The translations under genes were made by a program, and so were the position numbers. Shown here piece by piece: positions 8,917 through 17,964 of a DNA stretch of 46,688 nt. The DNA is from Candidatus Helarchaeota archaeon. Lineage in GTDB: Archaea > Asgardarchaeota > Lokiarchaeia > Helarchaeales > RDOG01. Location: the NCBI GenBank assembly GCA_029838215.1, contig JALGVI010000014.1, positions 1 through 46,688 of the forward strand. The letters are read 5' to 3'. Each line of letters opens with the position of its first letter. Within the stretch, counting starts at the first letter, position 1. The notes under the pieces were generated by a model. The model searched no databases. It was given only the letters and a program-made list of their open reading frames with translations, and was not told where the DNA came from.

Positions 8917-9906
8917 TTAAATCCGCTTTAATTGTTTCAATAGTTTTCCATGTTGCTTCCTTAATTCCTTGACGATCCAAGACATCTCGTAATTTGGATC
9001 TAAATAAATGGCTTTTTTGAAATAATGAACCGCACGTATGATATCGTTTCGTTGAATGTATAATTTAATTCCGAAATTGAAATATTCTTCGGCTTCTGTT
9101 TCGGCAGGTTTCTTTAAGGGATCATGAGAAAATGCAAGCTTTTTTAGTGCTTCGATCATGGTTTTTCTATCAGCTGTTGGCTCTAATCGGCATGCACGTT
9201 CAAAACAATAAAGAGCTTCTCCAAAACGAAAGAGTCTTGCATAAGTAGATCCAAGTTTCTCCCAGATTTTTACGTTTCGTTTTTCGACGCGAATAATTTT
9301 CTCCAACATTTCTCTGGTTTTGTCATACTCTTCGACGCTTTCGAAAAAAAGAGCTAATTCCAAATATTCCTTGATTTTTTGGCGTGTTTGCGCGTCAATT
9401 CTTCCCGAACCCGTCATTGAAGCTCGGATCTTATCTCTAAGCTGTTGAATTGCAGGGTCTACCTTAGAGCTCTTAACATCAACTCGATGTTCTTCACGAA
9501 TTCTTTTTGAAACAGATTCTTTTTTCGTTAGTGCCTTCTTTTCAATATCATTGATTGCTTGATAGGCAACTTGGACGGGATCTTTCTCAATGATAGGCTG
9601 CCGATCTTCAAGACCACGTGCTTCTTGACCTGTTGCTTTCAGGAAACATTCTTTAGCACCATCAGAATCTCCGATAAGTTCAAATATTTTACCCAAGTCC
9701 AAATACGCTTCTCTAAATTCAGGATATAATTTAATACTTTTCTCAAGCAGATCGATCGCTTTCAGAAGCCTTCCTTTTTTTCTAAGTTTAAGGGCTTTTT
9801 TGTGCAGAGATTTCGCATGAACCATTTCTTTTATGCTTGGAGAAATAATTCGTTTCCTCCTCATCACAATTAATGAATAACTAATCTTAATTAGAAAATT
9901 AGTCAA
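8917..9906 (-). CDS. Tetratricopeptide repeat protein
   Basis: Multiple TPR-like helices (KAIDLLEKSIKLYPEFREAYLDLG, IWEKLGSTYARL, AVHYFKKAIYLDPNY). The true start may be a downstream ATG. Confidence 0.85.
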   Translation of the reverse strand: MTNFLIKISYSLIVMRRKRIISPSIKEMVHAKSLHKKALKLRKKGRLLKAIDLLEKSIKLYPEFREAYLDLGKIFELIGDSDGAKECFLKATGQEARGLEDRQPIIEKDPVQVAYQAINDIEKKALTKKESVSKRIREEHRVDVKSSKVDPAIQQLRDKIRASMTGSGRIDAQTRQKIKEYLELALFFESVEEYDKTREMLEKIIRVEKRNVKIWEKLGSTYARLFRFGEALYCFERACRLEPTADRKTMIEALKKLAFSHDPLKKPAETEAEEYFNFGIKLYIQRNDIIRAVHYFKKAIYLDPNYEMSWIVKELRKQHGKLLKQLKRI

Positions 9907-9996
9907 TTTATAGATTGATAAGATAAAATTTCATGCCAATGAAATTAGGTTTTTATGTAATGATAAGAAGGAAAAATTGAGGATGGACTGATCATC

Positions 9997-10653
9997 GTGA
10001 TCGAAAGTATCTACATAATAAAAAAGGATTCTGGTGTTCCTCTGCTGACTCTCGATTTAGTTGAAGTAGAGGGCTTGGATGATCTAGATCGTGACATATT
10101 TTCGGGTTTTCTTAAAGTTTTGGATGATTTTAGCAAGCAAACTCGCAAGGAATCAATAAATCAAATAGTCTTGGCAAATTCACGCATTATTTATGAAAAA
10201 TTTGACATTTCAGATAATTCTTTGCTGTTCATTTCCATTGATGATTTAAAACTGAAACCGAAGCAGATTCGCAAGACGTTGGCGAAAATTGCAACAGAAT
10301 TTGAGCATTTCTATGCTAACGAGATCAAGAATTTTAGGGGAAATATAACCGTTTTTCTTTCTTTTGAAGAGCAAATTCGCAAGATCATCACTTCAGAGTT
10401 AGGGACATTCAAGGAGAAGATCACGCTTCGGTGGAACGAACATCCGATGAAAAATTTTGTCACACAGTTTACTAAAGGTAAGATCAAGGAATTTCAGGAG
10501 TCAAAAAAGGCAAAATTTGCCCGGATCATGGGAAAAGACATGGCAAAAATCGGAAAATTCAAGGACTCTCTAATAAGAATTCTTACGGATCACAAAGCAT
10601 TTTGCATAGAACCCAAAAAGCGGTTTCTGCCCAAAGATCTGCCCCCAGAATGA
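9997..10653 (+). CDS. Longin-like domain protein with basic C-terminal extension
   Basis: MIESIYIIKKDSGVPL...IFSGFL...FEHFYANEIKNFRGNITVF matches the Asgard longin/sigma-adaptin-like pattern. Confidence 0.7.
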   Translation: MIESIYIIKKDSGVPLLTLDLVEVEGLDDLDRDIFSGFLKVLDDFSKQTRKESINQIVLANSRIIYEKFDISDNSLLFISIDDLKLKPKQIRKTLAKIATEFEHFYANEIKNFRGNITVFLSFEEQIRKIITSELGTFKEKITLRWNEHPMKNFVTQFTKGKIKEFQESKKAKFARIMGKDMAKIGKFKDSLIRILTDHKAFCIEPKKRFLPKDLPPE

Positions 10654-10750
10654 TCATTTCGGTAACTTATTATTCGATTCACGATTTATTGAATATGATT
10701 TCAGAATTTTTTAGGAAGTGTAAAACGTAAAAAAAATCGATGTTTCTTCA

Positions 10751-11851
10751 GTGCAATCACCACCAGAAATAGGGCAAGAAGAGATTGATGCTGTTATTAA
10801 TGTTTTGAAATCAAAGAAATTGACATTACTTGAAGGCAACGTGACTAAGACGTTTGAAGAAGAGTTTGCAGAATTCTGTGGTGCTAAACACGCCATTGCC
10901 ACTAATTCCGGTACTGCCGCCATACACGTTGTCTTGGCTGCAGTCGGGATTGGTCCTGGTGATGAAGTTATCGTGCCTCCATTTACTTTTGTCGGTACCG
11001 TTTCACCAGTATTAATGCAGGGGGCTCAGCCCGTGTTTGCAGATGTAGATTCCGATACGTATAATATCGATCCTGAAGACGTAAAAAGAAAGATCACTTC
11101 CAAGACTAAAGCCATCATTCCCGTGCACCTGTTTGGACAATCGGCGGACATGAAACCTCTCTTGGAATTGGCAGCCGCAAGAGATATTTTTGTAATTGAG
11201 GATGCATGTCAATCACATGGTTCAGAATATGATGGTAAGAAAGTCGGAACCATGGGGATTGCAGGTTGTTTCAGTTTTTATCCCAGCAAAAACATGACGA
11301 CAGGTGAAGGTGGGATGATTGTTACTAACGATGCCGAGTTGGCAGCTCAATGCCGTCTAATTCGGCATCACGGTGAACCGGAATGGTATCGCTATGTCCG
11401 ACTTGGATATAATTATCGGATGACGGAAATTCAAGCAGCCCTAGGTCGCGTTCAGCTTAAAAAACTCACGATGATGAACGAGAAGAGAAGTGCTTTAGCA
11501 CGAACATATGATGAAAGTTTTCTTGATCTCAAGGGTCTGCAGATTCCAAAAACGTTGTCAAACGTGAAACACGTTTACAACATATACGCTCCAAAACTTA
11601 ACTTGACAGAAATTGGAATATCAAAGGAGAAATTCCTGGAACATGTTAATGCAGATGTCCCGATTACAAAATTCATTTATCCCAGCCCTCTTTACAAAGA
11701 ACCGTTATTTGATGGGATTTATAAAGGTGAACCGTGTCCTAACGTGGAGCTTCTTTGCACGGAAATAATAAAATTACCGTTATGGCCATCAATGCCTGAC
11801 ACTACTCAGCAGATGGTCATTGACAAAGTAAGAAATGTTTTGGGTAGTTAA
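10751..11851 (+). CDS. DegT/DnrJ/EryC1/StrS PLP-dependent sugar aminotransferase
   Basis: NSGTAA, IPVHLFG, IEDACQSHG, FSFYPSKNMTTGEGG and GYNYRM. Confidence 0.95.
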   Translation: MQSPPEIGQEEIDAVINVLKSKKLTLLEGNVTKTFEEEFAEFCGAKHAIATNSGTAAIHVVLAAVGIGPGDEVIVPPFTFVGTVSPVLMQGAQPVFADVDSDTYNIDPEDVKRKITSKTKAIIPVHLFGQSADMKPLLELAAARDIFVIEDACQSHGSEYDGKKVGTMGIAGCFSFYPSKNMTTGEGGMIVTNDAELAAQCRLIRHHGEPEWYRYVRLGYNYRMTEIQAALGRVQLKKLTMMNEKRSALARTYDESFLDLKGLQIPKTLSNVKHVYNIYAPKLNLTEIGISKEKFLEHVNADVPITKFIYPSPLYKEPLFDGIYKGEPCPNVELLCTEIIKLPLWPSMPDTTQQMVIDKVRNVLGS

Positions 11852-12858
11852 ACTTCAACAACTTGCCTCGTTCTTGCGGATTTCTCCGCGGCTTCAATGA
11901 CAGATATGACTTTTCTTCCATCTCTTGCGGTAATTAATGGTGTCTTATCATTCAAGATACACTCGATGAAATGATTTACCATTTTCTTTTTGGATGGTTC
12001 TTTAAACATGCCAATAGATAATTGTTTCATCGAAGGATGCTTAGAAAGTTCTGTTGGAGAGACATATAGGACACTTTCGTCCCGGGAAATACGAAACGAC
12101 CCTTTCGTTCCGTGAATTTCGAGAATGTCTGCATATTGTGAACACCAGCCTGCTTCAATAACTCCCGTGATTTCATTTTCGAATTGCACGACTGCAATTG
12201 CAGTATCATCGTATCGCATTTTTTTACATTTTGTCTTAAAAGAAGCGGCAAGAACCAAGCGAATGTCTCCAAATAAGTATTGCAAGTAATCGATGACGTG
12301 ACTTCCAAGATCTAGAAAAGCGCCCCCACCAGCTAACGTTGCATCGAAGAACCACGTGGCATGGGGTTGCCACGCGATGTCTGGACCCAGATGGGCTTTT
12401 CGACCTCTCACGTGCGTGATTTCTCCGAATAGTCCTTTTCGAATGATCTCTTTCAATCGTGGCATTAGTGAATGAAATCTCTCGCAATAAGCAGGCATTA
12501 GCAGGACGTGATTTTTCTCTGCACTTGAAATCATCTCATCGGCTTCACGTAAGGAAAGTGCCATTGGTTTTTCACAAAGAACGTGACAACCAGCTTCTGT
12601 AGAAGCAAGCGATAAATTTGCGTGTAAGGCATTTGGGGTGGCTATAACAATTGCATCCAAATCTTCTCTTGCGAGCATTTTTTCATGATCCGTGTACCAG
12701 TGAGGTGCTTTGACTTTGAGTGCTGCCTTTTTAGCATGTTTTTCCGTGCGCGATGTTATTGCGAAAATTTCTGCATTGGGATTTTCAATAAATCCTGGAA
12801 AAAGATCAAAACTTGCCCCACCAGCACCAATAAAACCAACACGTAAGATTTTTCCCAA
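11848..12858 (-). CDS. Gfo/Idh/MocA family NAD-dependent oxidoreductase
   Basis: GFIGAG, HVLCEKPMA and GGGAFLDLGSH. Confidence 0.93.
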   Translation of the reverse strand: MGKILRVGFIGAGGASFDLFPGFIENPNAEIFAITSRTEKHAKKAALKVKAPHWYTDHEKMLAREDLDAIVIATPNALHANLSLASTEAGCHVLCEKPMALSLREADEMISSAEKNHVLLMPAYCERFHSLMPRLKEIIRKGLFGEITHVRGRKAHLGPDIAWQPHATWFFDATLAGGGAFLDLGSHVIDYLQYLFGDIRLVLAASFKTKCKKMRYDDTAIAVVQFENEITGVIEAGWCSQYADILEIHGTKGSFRISRDESVLYVSPTELSKHPSMKQLSIGMFKEPSKKKMVNHFIECILNDKTPLITARDGRKVISVIEAAEKSARTRQVVEV

Positions 12859-12927
12859 CTTAATTCCTCAAGATTGTTGGATTTGTAGGATTTTATATCC
12901 ATCAAGAAATAGAAAGCCGAGTTATTT

Positions 12928-13452
12928 TCAGGTTAGATCCTTGTTTATTAGGTTTAAAGCTAATGTTTCAAAAGCTGCCTCTACATTAGAGCCTGTTTTT
13001 GCAGATGTTTGATAGAAGCGAACTGCCTGAATTCGTTGTGCAATGTCTTCACCTGTTTCGGGATCAACGCGCTTGAGTGCAGGACTCATGTCATCCTTGT
13101 TAGCAATAAGAACAATTGGGCACTTTTTCACGAAATTGCGCAAGTCAGGATACCAGTAATTCTCGATATGCTGTGCAGTAATGGGACGGGTAATATCGTA
13201 CACGCAAAAACAGCCGTGAGAACCCAAATAGTAAACATGTCGCATGTCTGTCCAGCGTTCTTGCCCTGCTATATCCCAAAGCGTGAAGCTTATTTCGTTA
13301 TCATCTAATGTTATTGTTTTTCGCAAGATACTGGTCCCAATTGTTTCTTTATATTCGGGTGCGAATTGTTCTTCAACGAACCTATTGATTAAAGATGTTT
13401 TTCCAACTGCAGGGTCTCCGATGATAATTAACTTAAACTTATAGACGCCCAT
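12928..13452 (-). CDS. Rab-like small GTPase
   Basis: G1 GDPAVGKTS, G2 YKETIG, G3 WDIAGQE, G4 NKDD and G5 TSAK. No C-terminal Cys prenylation motif. Confidence 0.93.
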   Translation of the reverse strand: MGVYKFKLIIIGDPAVGKTSLINRFVEEQFAPEYKETIGTSILRKTITLDDNEISFTLWDIAGQERWTDMRHVYYLGSHGCFCVYDITRPITAQHIENYWYPDLRNFVKKCPIVLIANKDDMSPALKRVDPETGEDIAQRIQAVRFYQTSAKTGSNVEAAFETLALNLINKDLT

Positions 13453-13630
13453 ATGACGTGCACGCTCCTAATTATCGTCGAGTATAACTTGCTCTAGGTG
13501 AGTTATCCTAAGTTGATATTCGTTAATAAATTGAGTGGATCTATTATTTAAAAAAGCGGTTTTTTCATTGATTTTAGAAAAATTACTCGAAAAAATTGCG
13601 TGAAATTCTTTTTAACGCAGGGGATTTAAA

Positions 13631-13653
13631 GAAAAGGGAAAAAGAAAAAAAAA
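13631..13653 (-). terminator. U-rich archaeal terminator after the RHH gene
   Basis: The minus strand reads TTTTTTTTTCTTTTTCCCTTTTC immediately after the stop codon. Confidence 0.55.
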
Positions 13654-13809
13654 TTAGTCTTCTCTGTTGATGACCCATGCTTCTGCTTTTAAAAGATCCC
13701 GCACGGCAACGCGAATGGCTTCGCTCCGGTTAGGATATCTTTTCATTGAAACGAGTTTTTCTAAATCTTGAATATAAGACTGGGGTAAGTGCAATGTTAC
13801 TAATTTCAT
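13654..13809 (-). CDS. CopG/ribbon-helix-helix regulator, CdrS-like (51 aa, missed by ORF track)
   Basis: Manual translation gives MKLVTLHLPQSYIQDLEKLVSMKRYPNRSEAIRVAVRDLLKAEAWVINRED. It has an AGGTGA RBS and the YPNRSEAIR motif of archaeal CdrS-type RHH proteins. Confidence 0.88.
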   Translation of the reverse strand: MKLVTLHLPQSYIQDLEKLVSMKRYPNRSEAIRVAVRDLLKAEAWVINRED

Positions 13810-13868
13810 ACCTATCACCTGAGATTTTAATTCATGTTATGGGTCGCCATGCGGACATATGTGTGTGT

Positions 13869-13896
13869 GTATTACCCGAGTATTACTCATCATAAA
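13869..13896 (-). promoter_or_regulatory. Putative promoter with tandem operator of the CdrS-like gene
   Basis: Direct repeat GTATTAC at 13869-13875 and 13880-13886 (11-bp period), just downstream of a minus-strand TTTATG TATA-like element (13891-13896). Confidence 0.45.
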
Positions 13897-13917
13897 TTTT
13901 AGAAACACGATTTGTTT

Positions 13918-15243
13918 TCAAGTCAATAGTTCCATGAATGCTTCGATTCTGGTGGAGATCTGCCCGACGTTTTCGCCAAAGTTATGAAAGTTGACACCAA
14001 TCACGGGTATTTCCAGTTCATTTCTTGCTCTATCTTTTAGTAATTTGAAAGATGGCGTGATGAAACGACAACCCCAGACTTCATTAAACACGATACCGTC
14101 AGCTTTGACCAATCTTGCTTTTTCTATCCAGAAATCCATGAGATCTTCAGTTCCTTTCTCGAAATTATTCAACAGAAGATAGTCCGTATATTTCTCGATG
14201 AAATCACCATTTAGAGCAATCATGTTTGATTTGTCATAATTTGAGAAGATATCAATATAGAGCATGCATCCGCCATTTTTTTCAATGATTTGCGGAAGGG
14301 CGGGATCAAAACCGGGACTTCCTGCAATCAATATGCGGGGAATTCCTTCTTTCTTGTAGTTTCTTATCGTTCCTTTCTTCATGTTTTGCTCGATTTCAGT
14401 TAATAATAATCTTAATTTTTCATGAAAAAAATCGATATTGCTAAGAGAATCGGTATATGCGCCGTGCACGAGCAAGCTGGAAACCCAATGCAGCGGGACA
14501 TATCCCTTTCGGTAATATTTATTAAAAATTAATGCCGCCATCTGTCTAGTTTCATTGACTAGTTTCATCTTTTTTTTTGCATGGTTGAAATCGACGTTTT
14601 CATTCGTCACTTGTTCAAGAATTACGAAGAAATCTTCTAATTCTTTTCGAACAAGGTTGCGACGGTGTTCGAGCGAGTTGTCTCCATATGGTTTTTCTAT
14701 GTAGAAGACGGGCTTTTTCCTTCCAATTCTTTCATAGAATTTGGCAAAATGCAAGCAATAGTTACCTTCAAAACCGCCTAAAAGCAAGTCGAAGTATTTT
14801 TTATATTTTAGATAAACTCCATAACAAATGCGTGTTTGAATGCAGGAGTCTAGATAAAAGTTAGCTTTCTCGGATAAATTATCAAGGCTTGAAAACGTGT
14901 TTACAAATGCCTGCGAATTCATGTTTGTTTGGGCTGTATTGATTTTTGAAAGAAATGCATTTATTTGATCCCAGAAACCAATAATTAATGATAAAAGCCT
15001 GACTTTGTTAATTTTCGTGAATGCTTCCAAAAGACCTTGAAATGGAAATTCTGTGAACCGCGGTAAGAAAAACGGAATTGTTTTTTCAGAACAAAAACCA
15101 AGCTCTAAAGGTGGGAGGAATCCCGCGATGACTTTTTTTCCTTTCTTCCGGGCTGATTTGATTGTCTTGAAACCATTGATGTATTGCAATCCCATGTCTA
15201 TGATGGATTGCATCTTAAAGTCTTGAACCGTTGTTGATGGCAT
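13918..15243 (-). CDS. 2-hydroxyacyl-CoA dehydratase / benzoyl-CoA reductase-like subunit (HgdA/FldB type)
   Basis: Cys ligands LDSC, GNYC and WGCRF, plus PRILIAG and a family-typical C-terminus GQISTRIEAFME. Confidence 0.8.
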   Translation of the reverse strand: MPSTTVQDFKMQSIIDMGLQYINGFKTIKSARKKGKKVIAGFLPPLELGFCSEKTIPFFLPRFTEFPFQGLLEAFTKINKVRLLSLIIGFWDQINAFLSKINTAQTNMNSQAFVNTFSSLDNLSEKANFYLDSCIQTRICYGVYLKYKKYFDLLLGGFEGNYCLHFAKFYERIGRKKPVFYIEKPYGDNSLEHRRNLVRKELEDFFVILEQVTNENVDFNHAKKKMKLVNETRQMAALIFNKYYRKGYVPLHWVSSLLVHGAYTDSLSNIDFFHEKLRLLLTEIEQNMKKGTIRNYKKEGIPRILIAGSPGFDPALPQIIEKNGGCMLYIDIFSNYDKSNMIALNGDFIEKYTDYLLLNNFEKGTEDLMDFWIEKARLVKADGIVFNEVWGCRFITPSFKLLKDRARNELEIPVIGVNFHNFGENVGQISTRIEAFMELLT

Positions 15244-15257
15244 TTGCGAATTTTACC

Positions 15258-16406
15258 TCATAACATTTCTAAAAACGCCTCAAGTCGCGTGCGGATTTGA
15301 CCAATGCTGTTTTGAGAATAATCGCGTTCGAGATTCAGCACCGGAATGTTTTTCTTCTTCATTTTTTGCTTGAAGTAATCAGCAGAGTTTGAAAAAGAAT
15401 CGCAGAATTTAAGATAATTGTTAATTATTCCTTTGATGTTTCTTTTCTTGTAGATTTCGAGCATTTTTTCCGTTCTATAAGAATCAGGAATCATTCTTCC
15501 CGATAGATTTCGATTTAAATAACGATCTGCGAGTGCATCTAAAGGATTTGAAAAATCCACGTTAACTGGAGAGGAATAGAATTCAAACCCGGTCCAGAGA
15601 TCATCTCCAACAATAATACATCCACTATCTTCTACAATTTGAACGAAATTATCTTCGATTAGGATTCCATTTCCCGTTAAAAAAATCCTAACGCCCTTTT
15701 TAGGTGGTAATTCCGATCTTTTTACAGCATCCAGAAATTCCATAACTTTTTTCAAGTTTAAATCAGGACCATTTAAATTGAGATGATGAATCAATTTTTG
15801 AATTTCTCCCAAGGAGATTTTTGGATTCTCTCCTTGTCGATATTTGTCAATTTCTTGATAAACCGTCCTGAGTTCGTTATATAATTGAATGGACTCGATC
15901 AATTTCCGGTTTGAAATTTTTATATTTGTCTTTTTTTCGAGATATTTCTTCAACTTAATAATCTCACCATGGAAGAATTCGAATGAATTCGGTTTACTTC
16001 CGTGAGGAATTATGAACTGATATTGCTCTTTATCAAAATAGTTGTCCAAATACATGCCGGTATTCTGGACACCATTACAAAACGTGCCCGCTATCACGAA
16101 GTCCATTAACTCATAAATTTGATATGATATTTCTTCTCGTCCTTCGAAAATACCCAGATTCACGCGTTGAAAACCACAAGTGGTTTGGGACAGGTATGTT
16201 TGTCCTAGAACCATCTGTTCTTCGGTTCCACCAAGACAAAAGTGAAGGGGAATACAATCAGCAGCATGAATTATTTCGTCAGGGACGATTGAATGCGCAA
16301 TGACTCCTACGATTTTTTTTCCTTCTTCCTTGAGTCTTGTTAATTGCTCGTGAATGTCGTATAGGTCGGGTTTTTCGATTTTCATGTTCAACTTTTGCCA
16401 TTTCAT
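15258..16406 (-). CDS. 2-hydroxyacyl-CoA dehydratase / benzoyl-CoA reductase-like subunit (HgdB/FldC type)
   Basis: PDEIIHAA, TTCG, GTFCNG, LKFCDS and GQIRTRLEAFLEM. Confidence 0.88.
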   Translation of the reverse strand: MKWQKLNMKIEKPDLYDIHEQLTRLKEEGKKIVGVIAHSIVPDEIIHAADCIPLHFCLGGTEEQMVLGQTYLSQTTCGFQRVNLGIFEGREEISYQIYELMDFVIAGTFCNGVQNTGMYLDNYFDKEQYQFIIPHGSKPNSFEFFHGEIIKLKKYLEKKTNIKISNRKLIESIQLYNELRTVYQEIDKYRQGENPKISLGEIQKLIHHLNLNGPDLNLKKVMEFLDAVKRSELPPKKGVRIFLTGNGILIEDNFVQIVEDSGCIIVGDDLWTGFEFYSSPVNVDFSNPLDALADRYLNRNLSGRMIPDSYRTEKMLEIYKKRNIKGIINNYLKFCDSFSNSADYFKQKMKKKNIPVLNLERDYSQNSIGQIRTRLEAFLEML

Positions 16407-16741
16407 GTTTTATCTTTATTTTTTGCCGAAAGTTCAAGGGCAGATCCATTAATGCAATAATAATTCCATCGGAGACTCATCATTTTGGAAATTGGACATT
16501 GATTACAAAGGCAACCTTTTTTTTCCTTGATTAAACTGCTTTTACCTATCGAACAAAATGCAAGATCGGTTTCTCCAGTCCCGATCAAACTTGGACACTT
16601 TCCGCAATAATCCTTACACGTGTGTTTAACTTGTTCAAGTGAGTCTTGTTTTTGCTTTTCCGTCATTCCATCCATTATTTTGATTTTTTCTTCAAAAGGC
16701 ATCTCCTTGAAATTTTCATCTAAATTCAAAATTAAATTCAC
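16403..16741 (-). CDS. DUF2769-like Cys-rich protein
   Basis: CKDYCGKCPS...FCSIGKS...GCLCNQCPI...YYCING. ATGA overlap with the downstream dehydratase gene. Confidence 0.75.
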   Translation of the reverse strand: MNLILNLDENFKEMPFEEKIKIMDGMTEKQKQDSLEQVKHTCKDYCGKCPSLIGTGETDLAFCSIGKSSLIKEKKGCLCNQCPISKMMSLRWNYYCINGSALELSAKNKDKT

Positions 16742-16916
16742 CTCTTAGTCATAAATTCATTAACGATTTTGTTATTAAATGACTGATGATTTTTAATTTA
16801 AGAAGTTAATGTAAGAAGTTATGTTCTGCAGGATGATGAAAGAAGCAATAAAAGAAGATTCAAGTTTCCCAATTTAAGCTCGAATCCTTTTAAAATGAAA
16901 AGATGGATGGAAAACC

Positions 16917-17699
16917 ATGATCAAGTTATTTCGAGGAAATTGCTTGGAGCTCTTTGAGCAGGTAACGGATGAATCCGTTTCCTTAATAATTGCAGATCCG
17001 CCGTATAACGTGTATCAGGATAATATACGAAAAGTGCCATTTCAGAGACGGAAGAAACAAGTCGGATTTGATGTCTTTAACAAGGATTTTTTGGATTTTT
17101 CTCAGCAATGGATCATGCAATCCGTTCAAAAATTAAAAAAGGATGGATCAATTTTTATTTTTGGTGGTGTTAATTATCTTAAGGGAAACGATCTATTGGC
17201 TCTCCTTCCCATATTGCGTGAAAAATTGGAATTCATAAATTTAATTGTCTGGCATTATAAGAATGGGATGGATGCAAAGCGTTTTTTTTCGAACCGATTT
17301 GAATTAATTGCTTGGTTTGCGAGAGATCGGAAAAAATACAAGTTTTTCTTGGATCGGGTTCGAATAAAATACAATGAAAAAACATTAAACACGTATCTCA
17401 AGGATAAACGGTTGAATCCTGAAACCGTGAAGAAAGGAAAGAATCCTACAAACGTGTGGGAAATTCCGCGGTTGAATGCGAATTCACGAGAAAAACTGGG
17501 ACACCCGACGCAAAAACCAAAAAGCATCGTCGAGCGAATTATTAAGGCGACGACTGATGAAGGCGATCTCGTGTTAGATCCGTTCGTGGGTTCTGGTACG
17601 ACTTTAGAAGCCTGTAAAGATTTGAAAAGGGATTGCATCGGATTTGAAATTAATGAAAAGTACGTGCAAATGATAGAGAAGAGATGCAACCTGAAGTAA
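16917..17699 (+). CDS. Beta-class N6-adenine DNA methyltransferase, M.RsrI-like
   Basis: DPPY precedes DPFVGSGT. The target region KRFFSNRFELIAWF...YLKDKRLNPETVKKGKNPTNVW...GHPTQKP closely resembles my recollection of M.RsrI. Confidence 0.9.
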   Translation: MIKLFRGNCLELFEQVTDESVSLIIADPPYNVYQDNIRKVPFQRRKKQVGFDVFNKDFLDFSQQWIMQSVQKLKKDGSIFIFGGVNYLKGNDLLALLPILREKLEFINLIVWHYKNGMDAKRFFSNRFELIAWFARDRKKYKFFLDRVRIKYNEKTLNTYLKDKRLNPETVKKGKNPTNVWEIPRLNANSREKLGHPTQKPKSIVERIIKATTDEGDLVLDPFVGSGTTLEACKDLKRDCIGFEINEKYVQMIEKRCNLK

Positions 17700-17964
17700 C
17701 ATGTTTGTGAACAGTGTGGAAGTCCATTAATTAATGGACATTAGTTATAATTCTAAAAGCTCTCAAATATTCTTCAGAGATAGGAAACTGTTCCATCCTT
17801 GCATCTGCTTTTTTTTATCAGGGCTGATTGAATAACTTTTAAAAGCTTTAGCCCGTTAGTTAAACAAGTACAGGTTGAATGAACTTTTATTTTTGAGATT
17901 TGAGCTTTTTTCAACAAAAATGCAAGGTCTTCTTCTCTGTATCGTTAAACAATAGGTGTATTAA

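Noticed and set aside
13859-13870. Short (GT)n run
   Set aside because: About five units only, too short to be a meaningful repeat or phase-variation tract.
17755-17912. Possible MITE bounded by AAAAGCTC-like inverted repeats
   Set aside because: The arms are imperfect, there is no target-site duplication, and no second copy was seen.
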